Part shown: positions 24,248 through 38,574 of the stretch, piece after piece | Layout: every line of letters begins with the position of its first letter | Numbering within the stretch: position 1 is the stretch's first letter | NCBI RefSeq assembly: GCF_006345805.1 | Contig: NC_043000.1 | Span: 108,562,001-108,626,000 of the forward strand | Direction: 5' to 3' | DNA: 64,000 nucleotides | Origin: Octopus sinensis | Lineage: Eukaryota | Notes under the pieces: model-generated | Told to the model about the DNA's origin: nothing | What the model saw: only the letters and a program-made list of their open reading frames with translations | The model's database searches: none | Translations under genes and position numbers: made by a program

Positions 24248-24283
<36 letters not shown>

Positions 24284-24404
24284 TTAACAATTAAGGATAA
24301 AATCTTAATAAGGAATCTTAATAAGAAATTATCAGGTAGTTAGCGTGAAAAACCTCACAAGAGAAAAAATTCGAAAATAATTTTTTCACTTGAAGATATT
24401 TATT

Positions 24405-24576
24405 TATATTGTATAGAGAGCATAATTACACATAAATGCCACACGCTAAGAGGGACATAAGAGGGACTGAATTTAGTTCTATATCACCTGTGATTTCGCA
24501 ATTAACGTATCAAATACGTCTTTTGTCCCTCTTAGCGTGTGGCATTTATGTGTAATAATGCCCTCTATACAATATA
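24405..24576. repeat. Inverted repeat, 53-bp arms with 2 mismatches and a 66-nt spacer
   Basis: tatattgtatagagagcataattacacataaatgccacacgctaagagggaca and its reverse complement at 24524-24576. Confidence 0.92.
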
Positions 24577-25734
24577 TATATATATATATATACATAAACT
24601 ATTTGCTTCCTCTCTGAGTGTATACACATGTTGTTATCTATGAAGGTGACACACCCTAGAAAATATATTACACTACCCTATTAATTGTCAATCCTGCTAG
24701 AATCCTTAAAACTGCAAATCTTGTTGACAGTTTTACAGTCATAAGAAGCCCTTTCTTTATTTCTCTTTCTTTTTCTCTCAATTGCTCTAGATTTTATCTA
24801 TAAGGAATTTATTGTATAGTGCTCAGGTGCACTACAAGGTGCTCGGGTGAGATGCTCTCACCTTCTATCTGTCACCCTCAGCTTTTTTTCATATTGGAGT
24901 TTTTACGGTTAGTCATATGGGCAATGTGTTCTAATATACATATTCTATCTTTCAAGTATATATATGAATAGTAATTTATTTGAGCAGTCACCGTACGCCT
25001 TTGTACGCCCATATATACACACAAAATTATCATAATCTACAAATAATAGTAGCTTTTATCCTTCAAACACTGGACTCAATTTTTGATGTATTTATAGATT
25101 TTTCGATAGTATTCTTTTCTAAATATGTACTTAATACTTCACTTTATGGGGACTCGCTTTACGAGACACCAGGTTTACAAGTTCCAAGATCCAAATTTTG
25201 AACAAAGTGTAAAAGTTTCTACTATGTTAACAAATGCTTTTGCATGTTACTGGAAAAAAATTTTTTTTTGGACCAGGAGGAGGTCATGAGGTCATAGAGC
25301 CTTGCCTTCAGTTGAGATTGAATAGTATAAATTTGTCCTAGTGTAAAAAAAGTAATACCATAAGACATGATTAGTCATGTGAAAAAGCTTCTAAGCAAAC
25401 AACTCTAGAATTGTTTTTAAAAAAGGAATCTACAAGTCTGTCTATGAGTGCTTGTGAATTAGCAATTATATCTACAAGTAATGAGTCTAGTGTGAGTGAA
25501 AGTAGTTCAGAGAATGATTATAATATTTTTTTATTATAAATGATTTTGACATTACTTTTACTTTACATAAAATATTCTTTACATTCTACTGTTGTTTTAT
25601 TGCCATTTATTTATGAGTATTATGAAGTTTATAGGTAAAATATTTTTTCTGGGAATGAATTATTGTTTATAACATAGTTACTATAAGAAATTATTTCTCT
25701 GCTTTATGAGTTATCACTTTACAAAAAGTCTCCA

Positions 25735-25935
25735 GAAACCTTGTCTGGAGACTAAAACAGAATGGAGTAGAATACGCAATACCCTGGTCCATTATGAAGA
25801 TTGCTGCATCATAGAATGGGACTTGAGAGGTATGCAATATATGTCTTGAAGAAACCCTGAAAATAATCACATCTAGGGAAAACGTGATAGACACTCTGAG
25901 ATGGTCATATCATGTAAGCATAGGACCAAAATATT
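25735..25935 (+). pseudogene. Degenerate PLE endonuclease C-terminus
   Basis: SRNLVWRLKQNGVEYAIPWSIMKIAAS*NGT*EVCNICLEETLKII...CKHR parallels the 17735-17960 C-terminus. Confidence 0.7.
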
Positions 25936-26711
25936 GTTCATGGAATTTGAAAAAATATTTCGAAATGAAATAACAAATTATAGAATAGTGAAGGAACCCA
26001 AACAAATAAAGAAACATACCAATGTCTATACCACTATAACAACAGAAATAGAGAAAACGTCACCATAAGATGGTGGTATCAATCAATTCGGTCAACAAAC
26101 CCCTACTGTAGCAGTTGGCCACCTGTTGGGTTCAGAATTTATTGAGGGGAGTCTTGAATAGAACAAAGACATCTACAGCCATCCTTAAATCTGCAGACTG
26201 AATAGCAAATAAATCCAACACCACCACCACCATGCACATCTCCATCTCCAAATTACTACCATTCCTTCCTCTACTCCCATCACCTACCTCCCCCTACCAA
26301 GTACATACAGAAATACCTACATAGCTAGATTGACCTTCATACTGGCAAGAGGGGACAAACATCCCCCTATAATTCATCCACTAATGCAGTATTGCCTGAT
26401 GAAATGAATCGATGATGATGATCAACCAGATGACCACGGATACTACAGACTATACTGTAATCACCCAAAGGATCTCTGATGTTAAAGTCATGTGATTTGT
26501 GGAAATGCATTTAGTGAAGCATTAACTATTTATTATTTACATCCTAGAATTATTGTTATTATTATATTTACCCTACATTATATCTGTCTTACCATGAGGC
26601 AACCCCTAAAAACTAGCTCACTCATCAGTATCATTAGACAGTAGCTGACATAATGAGATAGGAGCTTCATTTGCATAATACCCTTAGTGTTACATATATA
26701 TATATATATAA

Positions 26712-27328
26712 GCATGACCTCAGAGCATTGGGCCTCACAGAGGTAATGACGAAGGACCGAGATCTCTGGAGATATGCTGTGACTGCAAAGACCCAGGCTG
26801 CTTCCTGCACCAGTTCCGCATAGCCCCTGCCCATTCAAAGTACCTTGGATTTCAGAACATCCCGCTGTGCTTGAGGAAACCTATTGAGTCAAGTACATGA
26901 ACATCGAAATAAATATCAATGGAAATAGTAGTTGTGATACCTGTGCCGGTGGCACATAAAAAGCACCATCCGAACGTGGCTGACGCCAGCGCTGCCTTGA
27001 GAGGCTTCTGTGCCAGTGGCACGTAAAAAGCACCATCCAAACGTGGCCGATGCCAGCGCCGCCTTGACTGGCTTCCGTGCCGGTGGCACGTTAAAAGCAC
27101 CAACCGATTGTGGCCGCTGCCAGACTCCCCTGGCACCTGTGCCGGTGGCACGTAAAAAGCACCCACTACACTCGCAGAGTGGTTGGCGTTAGGAAGGGCA
27201 TCCAGCTGTAGAAACACTGTCAGATCAGACTGGAGCCTGGTGCAGTCCCTGGCTTCTCAGACCCCGGTCGAACCGTCCAACCCGTGCTAGCACAGAAAAC
27301 GGACGTTAAACGATGATGATGATGATGA
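26712..27328 (+). mobile_element. RTE-X LINE 3' end (ORF C-terminus, modular 3' UTR, (GAT)n tail)
   Basis: [27 protein letters not shown], then four ~62-67-bp modules containing gtggcacgtaaaaagcacc, then ggaagggcatccagctgtagaaa...gttaaacgatgatgat. Confidence 0.9.
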
Positions 27329-27493
27329 TATATTTACTAGCAAACGCACCCATCCTTTGGACAGTGTAATTTATTATAATGGCGCACTCCTTTGGATGCT
27401 TTAAGTTGAATTAGCCTGCAAATAGAAGTCAATTCAAGTTGATAAATGTAAAATGTATAATTACAAAATTCGTTATTATATGCTATTAATTAA

Positions 27494-27712
27494 CCCTTTA
27501 GTGTTCAGATTATTCTATCAAACATAATGCTTATTGATTCCCATTGATTTGAATTAATCATGCATTATCTCATATCTTCAAGATCTTGATGGTGTAATTA
27601 CCTAATGTAGAATAACATTGTAGGGTAGGTGTGAGAGCCTGGATCTGGTCAGTTTGAACATAAAACAGATTAACTATTTTGGCCGGATATGGCCGGTTTA
27701 AATACTAATGGG
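27494..27712. mobile_element. piggyBac-type MITE
   Basis: TTAA on both sides (27490-93 and 27713-16) and CCC...GGG termini with imperfect TIRs ccctttagtgttcaga / tttaaatactaatggg. Confidence 0.8.
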
Positions 27713-28562
27713 TTAATAAAGATTTTTAAACCCAAATTTGGCAGTTAGTAATAAATCGAAGTCCATGAAATGAGATTGCAATTGCAGTAAGCATTAGGGA
27801 TCCTATATTTTACCCAAAGCATTTTGTAGTTATTTTACTTGTGATGCCTAACACAACCTTATTGAAGTTTTTTTTCAATGAAAGTCATGTGTTATAAACA
27901 AAAGCTTTGCGTTCTCCACCTGTTACAGTGACTCCCACCCATCATGCATTATACCTGTCTCTTCCCCCCTCCATTCTTGTCTTCCCTCTCACCGACTCAA
28001 TCATCTTTCCTACTACTCCCCACCCCCACTTTCTGCATCCCTCTATCTTTCTGTGTTCATGATTCTCGTATCAGCTACCCTTCAACCCTACTCATTTTGA
28101 CAGTCTGCCTACCCCCCACCCCTCATTCACTTTTCCGTGCAATTTTACAAATCAACCATCCGCTTCTACTCAGCATCTCATAACCTGAGAAGATGCTGAG
28201 GATTTGTACGTATCTTTTCCCAGGCGCATTGAAGCAATTATTCAAGAAGACATGGGACAAAGTGGTGATAAAGAACCTTTGGACACTGGGTCTCACTGAG
28301 GAAATGGAAAGGGACTGGGAGATGTGACAATTTGCTGTACTTGATAAGACACGCGAATTAAGTGAAATCACTGTCTTCCATACATACAGGCTTGTTTTTT
28401 CAGGTGCTGGAGCCACTTAAAAAGCATTCATGCTGGGGCTGCATAAACGCACCAGTGCCAATGGCATGTAAGAAGCAGCCAGCACCATGTCAAACCATCC
28501 AGCCCATGCCAGTACAGAGAGCAGACTTAAATGAGGATGAAAGATAATAGATTGAAATAAAG

Positions 28563-28593
<31 letters not shown>

Positions 28594-28742
28594 TTGACTT
28601 GGCTACAGTCCAATGACAGAAACAAAAGATATAAGATACACACACACATCTATATGGACACATACATACAAGCATATTGACATATATTATATGCAGGCAT
28701 ACACAAGCATGATGATGTTGATGATGATATATATATTTACTT

Positions 28743-28775
<33 letters not shown>

Positions 28776-29399
28776 TTTCCCAATATGAAAAAGCATGTGT
28801 CACTAATATTTTCAAAACAATATGTTCGTGCTGGTCTATCTCTGATACATTGATTGATATGTTTGGTAAGAAAATAGTATTGACAGTTCTCAATGCATTG
28901 TTTTCTAATTCGTACCCCAATAGTTGTCATATATTGATGTTGCCACTGTGCAACAACAACAACAACAACAGCAACAACAACAGCAGCAGCAGCAGCAGCA
29001 GTAGTAGTATAAGTGTATGGTAGAGGTGGTAGTGGTAGTGGAAGCTGTAGTAGTAGTAATAGTAGTTGTTGTTGTTGATGTAGTAGCAGCAGCTTCTGTA
29101 GCAGGAAGAGATTAAATCTATTTATGCAAATCCAGTCTTACATATGTATTAGTAGACAATCAATTACTAATTAACTATAATGCATTCAATTGCATAAGCA
29201 TAAGCTAGGTACTACGACTTAATCAATTTAGCCATTTAACTCTCTGTTCGTCAAGAGAGGTACCTTTGCTGACAATATGGTGTATAGGATGTTATAGACA
29301 TGTTTTCAGCCAAACTTAAACCAAAATTATATTTTATGTCTTTTGCCTTTTCATTTCATTACCAAATAAGGTGTATTTACTGAAACATGTGTTGGTATT

Positions 29400-29560
29400 G
29401 TTACTGTGTGGTTAAGAAGTTTGCTTCCAAATCACATGGTTCTGGGTTCAGTCCCACTGGGTGGCACCTTGGGTTAGTGTCTTCTACTATAGCCCAAAGC
29501 CAATTAAAGCCTTGTGAGTGGATTTGGTAGACAGAAATGGAAGAAAGGCTATAATATTTG
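29400..29560 (+). mobile_element. SINE family C, 5' part
   Basis: ctgtgtggttaagaag...gggttcagtcccact...ggcaccttggg head and core. Confidence 0.75.
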
Positions 29561-29814
29561 TGTGTATGTGTGTGTGCTTGCATGTGACCACTTCCTTGAC
29601 TTTTCAGGATTGTTGTAAGTGAATATCACTGTCATACAAGCAAAATCATTCATTTCCAGTTTTTCATGAAGCCATCTCTGGTCCATAATGAAATATTACC
29701 TTACCTGGAAACTGGTGAGTTGGTGACAGGAAGGGTATCTGCTTGTACAAAATCTGTCTCAACAAATTCTGTCCAATCCATAGGGACATGGAAGTGGACA
29801 TTAAAACGATGATG

Positions 29815-29848
<34 letters not shown>

Positions 29849-30822
29849 CTGTGTCTGTGCATGTGTGTGTGCAAGTGTGTGTGCATGTGTTTGTCATTAT
29901 GCCTGCATGTGTGTGTATGTATATTTCTGTAATTATGCTATATGTGTGTTCTCTTCTCTAGATGTCATGAGATAGTTGTAAACAAGCATCACCATCAATC
30001 AAATGGTTTCCTTCATTTCCAGTCTTCTGTGCAAATATGTCTGGCCATGGGGAAATGTTACCTTGCTTGGAAACAGGTGAGGGTCGGTAATAGGAAGAGC
30101 ATCTCAGCTGTTGAAAATCTGCCTCAGCAAACTCCATCCGGACTGTGAGATGACAGAAAAATGGACGTTAAAATGAAGGTGGTGATTACAATGACAATCT
30201 GAATGCAAAACATAGTACTGGCTTTATAGACCCTGTGCTTTGTAAAAATACTACAATCTACTGCATTTGAAGATCTTGTATCTTGCTAATTTGTCTGTGA
30301 TCTTGTAGCATCTTTTCTATATCCATTTTTTGTTCCAATGAGATCACAGTACCGTGTTCCATTCTACACTTTTCCTTCATATTGAACAATGTCATTTATC
30401 AAATAACATTAAGATTTTGTGCTCCCTCTTACAAATTAATACTTTGGTCTTTACCATGTTGACCTTTTTCGCTTTTGAATGCTGAACCACACTTCTATTT
30501 TTGGAACTGTCACTGCAGTTCTGAAACAAATTATGGAAAACCAAAGTAATCAACATAGAAAAAGTGTCCAAGGAGGATATTAAGTACTAAACATTATCAC
30601 TGTTATGTCACAAGCTGTGAATAGGGCCATTTCTCTTTGTATACGATTCCTAACTCTTGTAGGTGCAGGTGTGGCTGGGTGGTGAGAAGCTTGCTTCCCA
30701 ACCAAATACTACCAGGTTCATTGTGTAGTATCTTGACTTGGTGTCTTCTGCCCTAGCCCCAGGCTGACCAATGCCATGTTAGTGGATTTCGTAGACTGCA
30801 ACTGAAAGAAGCATGCATATCA

Positions 30823-31712
30823 TCATCATCATCATCATCGTCGTTTAACGTCCGTTCTCCATGCTAGCATGGGTTGGACGGTTCGACCGGGGTTCTGGGA
30901 AGCCAGAAGGCTGCACCAGGCTCCAGTCTAATCTGGCAATGTTTCTACAGCTGGATGCCCTTCCTAACGCCAACCACTCCGTGAGTGTAGTGGGTGCTTT
31001 TTACGTGCCACCTGCACAGGTGCCAGGCGGGGCTGGCAACGGCCACGGTCAGATTGGTGTATTTTATGTGCCACCGGCATGGAAGCCAGTCGAGGCGGTG
31101 CTGGCATCGGCCACGAGTCGGATAGTGCTTTTACGTACCACCAGACCAGGGATCCTGGCTGGTTCAATTCGATTTCGATTTCGCTTGCCCCAACATGTCT
31201 TCACAAGCAAAGGGGGTTGGCATGGGTGCCTGTCGTACGGTCGCATTGGAGTATTTTACGTGCCACGGCCACGAGTCGGATAGTGCTTTTTACGTACCAC
31301 CAGACCAGGGATCCTGGCTGGTTCAATTCAATTTCGATTTCGCTTGCCCCAACATGTCTTCACAAGCAAAGGGGGTTGGCATGGGTGCCTGTCGTACGGT
31401 CGCATTGGAGTATTTTACGTGCCACGGCCACGAGTGGATAGTGCTTTTACGTACCACCAGGCCAGGGATCCTGGCTGGTTCAATTCGGTTTCGATTTCGA
31501 TTTCGCTTGCCCCAACATGTCTTCGCAAGCATGGGGGGTTGGCATGGGTCTGTCGTCGGATGAGGTTCTATATCGACTTCGCTTGCCTCAACCGGTCTTT
31601 GTGTCCAAGGGAGGAAAGGCATTCATAAGTGGGCTGGGCTCACTTGTCCTGCCTGGTCTTCTCACGTACAGAATATTTCCAAAGGTCTCGGTCTCTGGTC
31701 ATTTCCTCAGTG
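30823..31712 (-). mobile_element. RTE-X LINE 3' end with a 159-bp internal triplication
   Basis: (ATC)n tail at 30823; repeat units start at 31111, 31269 and 31428; ORF end TEEMTRDRDLWKYSVREKT near 31650-31712. Confidence 0.88.
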
Positions 31713-31774
31713 AAAAACAAAACAAAACAAAATAGAAACAAAATTTCTTTCCTGAGAGATCTTACTGCATGCAA

Positions 31775-32085
31775 TCAAGCCACAAAGCAGATTGGAAATC
31801 GATCCAAAAAGAGATCCTCAGAGAGGACTGGCCGGAATGCCTCTCCACACCAGACATTGACATGAAACTAGAATGTTTCATGTCTTCTGTGCAAGCCATA
31901 TGCCAGAAATATGTCCAAGAGCACAAGGCCAAAACAAATAGGAGCAAGATACCAAGAGATAGGAAGATCCTCATGAGACGACGGACGAAGGTTGCAAATC
32001 GTCTCAACCAACATCCCAAAAGTAGCGAAACGTCCTGCCTAAAAACAACACTGATGGAGATCGAAAAAAGGCTGCAACAATCCTG
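31775..32085 (+). pseudogene. CR1/L2-type LINE ORF2 linker fragment
   Basis: KADWKSIQKEILREDWPECLS...FMSSVQAICQKYV...KIPRDRKILMRRR resembles the EN-RT linker; stop-free. Confidence 0.6.
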
Positions 32086-32500
32086 CATAATGAGATACTC
32101 ATATCTACATGGCTGAAACAGCTGTAAGATGTAGTTTATATTTATATTTATTTATACATATTGTACTTATTGTATCATATTACTCATTGATGTGCATTGC
32201 TTTGTTCTGTACTATTATGTTTAACTTTGATGTTCATATGTAGTTGGTTAATAAATTAGGTGATTGGGTATCATCTGGTAGTTGATTATTGATTAAGGTG
32301 TATTTTTCCATTTTCTTATTTTGTATTATAAATTTGTGGTAAAACATTTTACCTTCGCCCATATAATACAATAAATGAATTAATTGCATCGCAATTCTTA
32401 ACATTTATGTATTAACTTTGTTGGGTGCTTTACTGGCAGTATATTGGATTTATGTTATCCCATGGTGGGTTGCACTCACAACCCCTATCTCAATTTGTAA
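32085..32500 (+). mobile_element. pLTR-like repeat, same family as 20020-20420, with a degenerate hammerhead remnant
   Basis: Reverse-complement similarity along ~400 bp; contains ggctgaaacagctgtaagat. Confidence 0.7.
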
Positions 32501-32516
32501 TTATATATAAATATAA

Positions 32517-32747
32517 AAAAGCACCAACCGATCGTGGCCGATGCCAGACCCCTCTGGCTCCTGTGCAGGTGGCACGTAAAAAGCACCCACTACACTCGCG
32601 GAGTGGTTGGCGTTAGGAAGGGCATCCAGCTGTAGAAACACTGCCAGATCAGACTGGAGCCTGGGGCAGCCCCTGGCTCCCCAGACCCCGGTCGAACCGT
32701 CCAACCCGTGCTAGCGCGGAAAACGGACGTTAAACGATGATGATGAT
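32517..32747 (+). mobile_element. RTE-X 3' UTR copy with (GAT)n tail
   Basis: Near identical to 27100-27328 and 33815-34062. Confidence 0.88.
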
Positions 32748-32769
32748 ATATATATAAATATAAATATAA

Positions 32770-32800
<31 letters not shown>

Positions 32801-32805
<5 letters not shown>

Positions 32806-34062
32806 TTATAGATATTTAAGATATATCTCCCTTATAGAAATTGGCTGCCGATTCTTCGCGGGGTTTTTCTCTTCCCCTCTTTTTACATTGTCGTCTGTCT
32901 GGACTCCTCTCTTCCTACCACCCGCCATGGCTATGCATACTTAAGCTAGTAAACTGCCTCATTCTTGATTCCGAATTCCTTTGCCAAGTCTGTCCGTAAA
33001 CGAAGTGATCTCAAGATAAGAAATCTTTGAACTTTAATTCATCCGTATCTCTATTTATTATTATTATTTATTAATTATTATTATTCTGATCCCCCTAGTC
33101 GCCACTCTGTTTACTATTTTCAGCCTCGCCTCGTTTTTGCATATTCTGTATAATTCACTAGTTATCGTTATAGATATTTAAGATATATCTCCCTTATAGA
33201 AATTGGCTGCCGATTCTTCGCGGCGCGCCCCCCCCCCCCCCCCCCCACCACCAATACCGGATATCTCTATTTTGCTCCAACTATACCGGATGTCGTTTTC
33301 TCCCACCACCATTATAGGTGTCTACTCTTTGAACCCCCTCTTCAATACGCTATTTCACCATGCATTACCCCTCTCTCGATATCCTACGTTCTTCTTGCCT
33401 AGAACCTGTCCTCTGGACCACCCCTCCCACTGGTGCTCACCCCTCCCACTGGTGCTCCCCTATATTTCTGCATCCCCCCACCACCATTATAGGTGTCTAC
33501 TCTTTGAACCCCCCTCTTCAATACGCTATTTCACCATGCATTACCCTCTCTCGATATCCTACGTTCTACTTGCCTAGAACCTGTCCTCTGAACCACCCCT
33601 CCCACTGGTGCCCCACCCCTCCCACTGGTGCTCCTCTATATTTCTGCACCCCCCCACCACCATTATAGGTGTCTACTCTTTGAACCCCCTCTTCAATACG
33701 CTATTTCACCATGCATTACCCCTCTCTCGATATCCTACGTTCTACTTGCCTAGAACCTGTCCCCTGAACCACCCCCCCCTCCCACTGGTGCTCCCCTATA
33801 TTTCTGCACCCCCCCTATAAAAAGCACCATCCGAACGTGGCCGATGCCAGACCCCTCTGGCACCTGTGCAGGTGGCACGTAAAAACACCCACTACACTCG
33901 CGGAGTGGTTGGCGTTAGGAAGGGCATCCAGCTGTAGAAACACTGCCAGACTAGACTGGAGCCTGGGGCAGTCCCGAGCTCCCCAGACCCCGGTCGAAAC
34001 CGTCCAACCCGTGCTAGCGCGGAAAACGGACGTTAAACGATGATGATGATGATGATGATGAT
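32801..34062 (+). mobile_element. Composite element: 362-bp unit with a 61-bp perfect terminal repeat, poly-C, 3 x 175-bp repeats and RTE-X tail
   Basis: 32801-32861 equals 33163-33223; repeat units start at 33311, 33486 and 33662; tail at 33815-34062. Confidence 0.75.
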
Positions 34063-35617
<1,555 letters not shown>

Positions 35618-36339
35618 ATATATATATTATCATCATCATCATCATCCTTATTTAACATCCATTGTCCATGCTGGTATGGGTTGGACGGTTTGACCAGGGC
35701 TGGCAAGCTGAGGGGCTGCAGTCTGATTTCGTATGGTTCCTACGGCTGGATACCCTTCCTAATGCCAAACACTCCAAGAATGTAATAGGTGCTACTGGCA
35801 TCGGTGCCAGTTGTGTGAGACCCATATCTTCAACTTGGATTGATGGGTCTTCTACTCAAGTACAGCATATGTCCAAAGGTGTCAGTCATTTGTCATTGCT
35901 TCTGTGAGGCCCAGTGCTTGAACGGTGCTTCACACATGCCACTGGCACAGGTGCCAGTTATGTGACACTCGCATCAGCTATATTGCCTCCATGAGACATA
36001 ATACTTGGAAGGAGCTTTTTACATACCACCAGCTTGTTGGAATGTTTGAAAGGTGCTTTTGCATCAGCAGTGCTTCTCCCTGCACAAAACCAAACAGCAT
36101 CTCATCTAGATACCTCTGTAATTATTACGATCTAAGGTGTCACATAACCAGCACCTGTGCAGGTGGCCCATAAAAAGTGCTTTTCTGGCATTGAGCCTCA
36201 CAGAAGCAAACTGTTTGAGCTCTTTTTGAATGTTGGGCCTCACAGAGACAATGACTGAGATCTTTGCCTTTATGTTGTGCTTGAGAAGAAGACCCAACCA
36301 GCCAAGTAGGATCGCAGTTGTGGCAGATACTGATGTCAC

Positions 36340-36750
36340 GCAAAAGGTGGCATGTAAAAGCACATTTTGGTGGCCCATAAAAGGACCTTTTCAGTGTTGG
36401 GCCTAATGGAGGCAAGGGCCAAGACCGTTTGGTATTATGCCGTGCATCAAGCATTGGGCCTCACAGAGGCAATGACCGGACCCTTTGGCATTATGTTATG
36501 CTTGAGAAGAAGACCCACCAAGCCAAGTAAAACCACAGACATGGCAGATACCGGTGTCACACAAATGGCACCCATGCCAGTGGCACATAAAAGCACCTAT
36601 TACACTTTCAGAGTCATTGGTGTTAGGAAGGGCATCCAGCCATAGAAACCAAAACAGACTGGAGTCTGGTGCAGCTTACCAGCCCTGGTCAAACTGTCCA
36701 ACCCATGCAAGCATGGACAACAGATGTTAAATGATGATGATGATGATATA
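36340..36750 (+). mobile_element. Older RTE-X 3' end
   Basis: gcattgggcctcacagaggcaatgacc (ALGLTEAMT), then ggaagggcatccagcc...gttaaatgatgatgat. Confidence 0.75.
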
Positions 36751-37302
36751 CTAAACTGATATATTATTTAAGATAAAGTGTTGTTTAATGTAGAGGAGAT
36801 TTTGTAAAAGCTGCTACTACTACTACTACTGCTACTATTACTACTGCAATATGGTTCTGTAGCACTTAAAGTTAGTACAATGCTGCAGTTATTCAGTACA
36901 TGGACACATATTGGTGATTAAACGAGGTATCAGTGACTGAGGTGATTAGTACATATTTGTTATTGTTGATTAATACTGCATGCATTAATTTGTATGAGTT
37001 ATGTGTATGTGTTGTTTGTGTTAGAGAGAAAGAGAAGAGAGTTTATGTATGAGCATCTAAGAGATAGAAAGAGGCCAAGTGGGATGGAATTTTGTGGTTG
37101 TCGTTGTTGTGTGTCTGTGCATAGTTCACTGTTAAGGTAAGAGCAACAAGAAAAGTTCTCCATCCACCAATGTACAGCATGTTGAAATAAGAAACTGCTA
37201 ATAGTTTCTTGTCATCTTGTACTTAGGTAGGTCTTCATAATGTGCCTTGTGTCTCTAAGCAATCTTCAGGTCTGAAGATTGCTTCAACCATTAATCCAGA
37301 CA

Positions 37303-37495
37303 TGTTTTAATTTTTTTCTCTCCTTTTGTTTTTTCCTTTCTCCATGTGTATCGTTTGTTAATTCTTTTCTGTTGAAGAGCCAAGGCTCAAAATGTCAAAG
37401 GCTTTTTCATTTTTCCTGAGCATCAGACTAATATATCTTGTTGTTGTTTCCTCACCTGCCTCTCTTTTTTTTTGTTTTTTGTACAAATTTTAACT
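37303..37495 (+). mobile_element. Solo PLE pLTR tail (family of 10880-11101) with a decayed hammerhead at 37364-37400
   Basis: ctttt-CTGTTGA-A-GAGC(CAAG)GCTC-AAAAT-GTC-AAAG...ttcctgagca...cacctgcct. Confidence 0.75.
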
Positions 37496-38574
37496 ATATA
37501 TATGTGTGTGTGTGTGTGTTTATAAGTATATATATATATAATTGATCTATGAGAATCTTTTGTAGTACCCTCATTATTATACAGGTTTAAAAGAATTATT
37601 AATATTTAATTATTGTTTATACTATTAGGAGCATATATTAACATCATCGTCATTGTTAAATGATTCTAAAAATAGCATCCATCTGTATATAAAGCTGTAA
37701 CTTCCCTAATATCATTCATTTAACCAGAAGTGTGTTCTCTGAAACTACAGTTAAGTTCTTGTTTTATTGTAAAACGAGACTCTGTCAATACTTTTGACAT
37801 TTCCTCTCCTTCATCACCATCTTGTTCAGGTCATATCTAGTTGAAGATCACTCATATTGTATAAATGTAAAGAATTGCTAAATTTGTAAGTATATGGTCC
37901 AGATAGTCACCACCACCACCACCACCATCATCTTCATCATTTAACATCTGTTTTCCATGCTGGCAATGGTTGAATGGTTAAATGAAGCTGGGTAACTGCA
38001 CCAGGTTCCAATCTGATTTGGCATGGTTTCTACAGCTTGATGCTTTTTAATGCCAATCACTCCAAGAGTGTAGTGGGTGTTTTTTTTACGTGCCACCAGC
38101 CCAGGGGCCAGTCACAAAACACCAGAATCAGCCATCACTACGATCTCACTTGGCTTGACAGGTCTTCCCGAGCAGGCTATATTGCCAAAGGTGTTGGTCA
38201 CTTGTCACAGCCTCTGTGAAGCCCAAAGTTCGAATGGTGCCTTTTACATGCCACCACCAGGTGTGCCAGTTTCATGACAGGTATTGGCCATGACTACGAT
38301 TTCCCTTGGCTTGACAGGTCTTCTGAAGCACAGCATATTGCCAAAGGTCTAATTCTTTTATTACATCTGTATAATAATGACAAGGGCACTACTGTAGATT
38401 CTCATAGACTCTAAAGACAGTGTCCATCTTTGTACAAGACTGAGGAAGCTAATTAATTGAATAAAATATGTACCAAAGCCCTCAGCCAGGCAGCAAGTGT
38501 TAGAACAAATTTTCCTTTTTGGTGTTGACAAAAGTTACACAACTGTCACCCCACTGTTCTTCCCTTGTCCACAA

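Noticed and set aside
36863-36926. Short + strand exon candidates (30 or 64 nt) ending GAG/gtatca
   Set aside because: Signals of this strength arise often by chance in 64 kb; no independent support
37831-37886. Exon with strong acceptor and gtaagt donor
   Set aside because: All three frames contain stops; at best a non-coding exon
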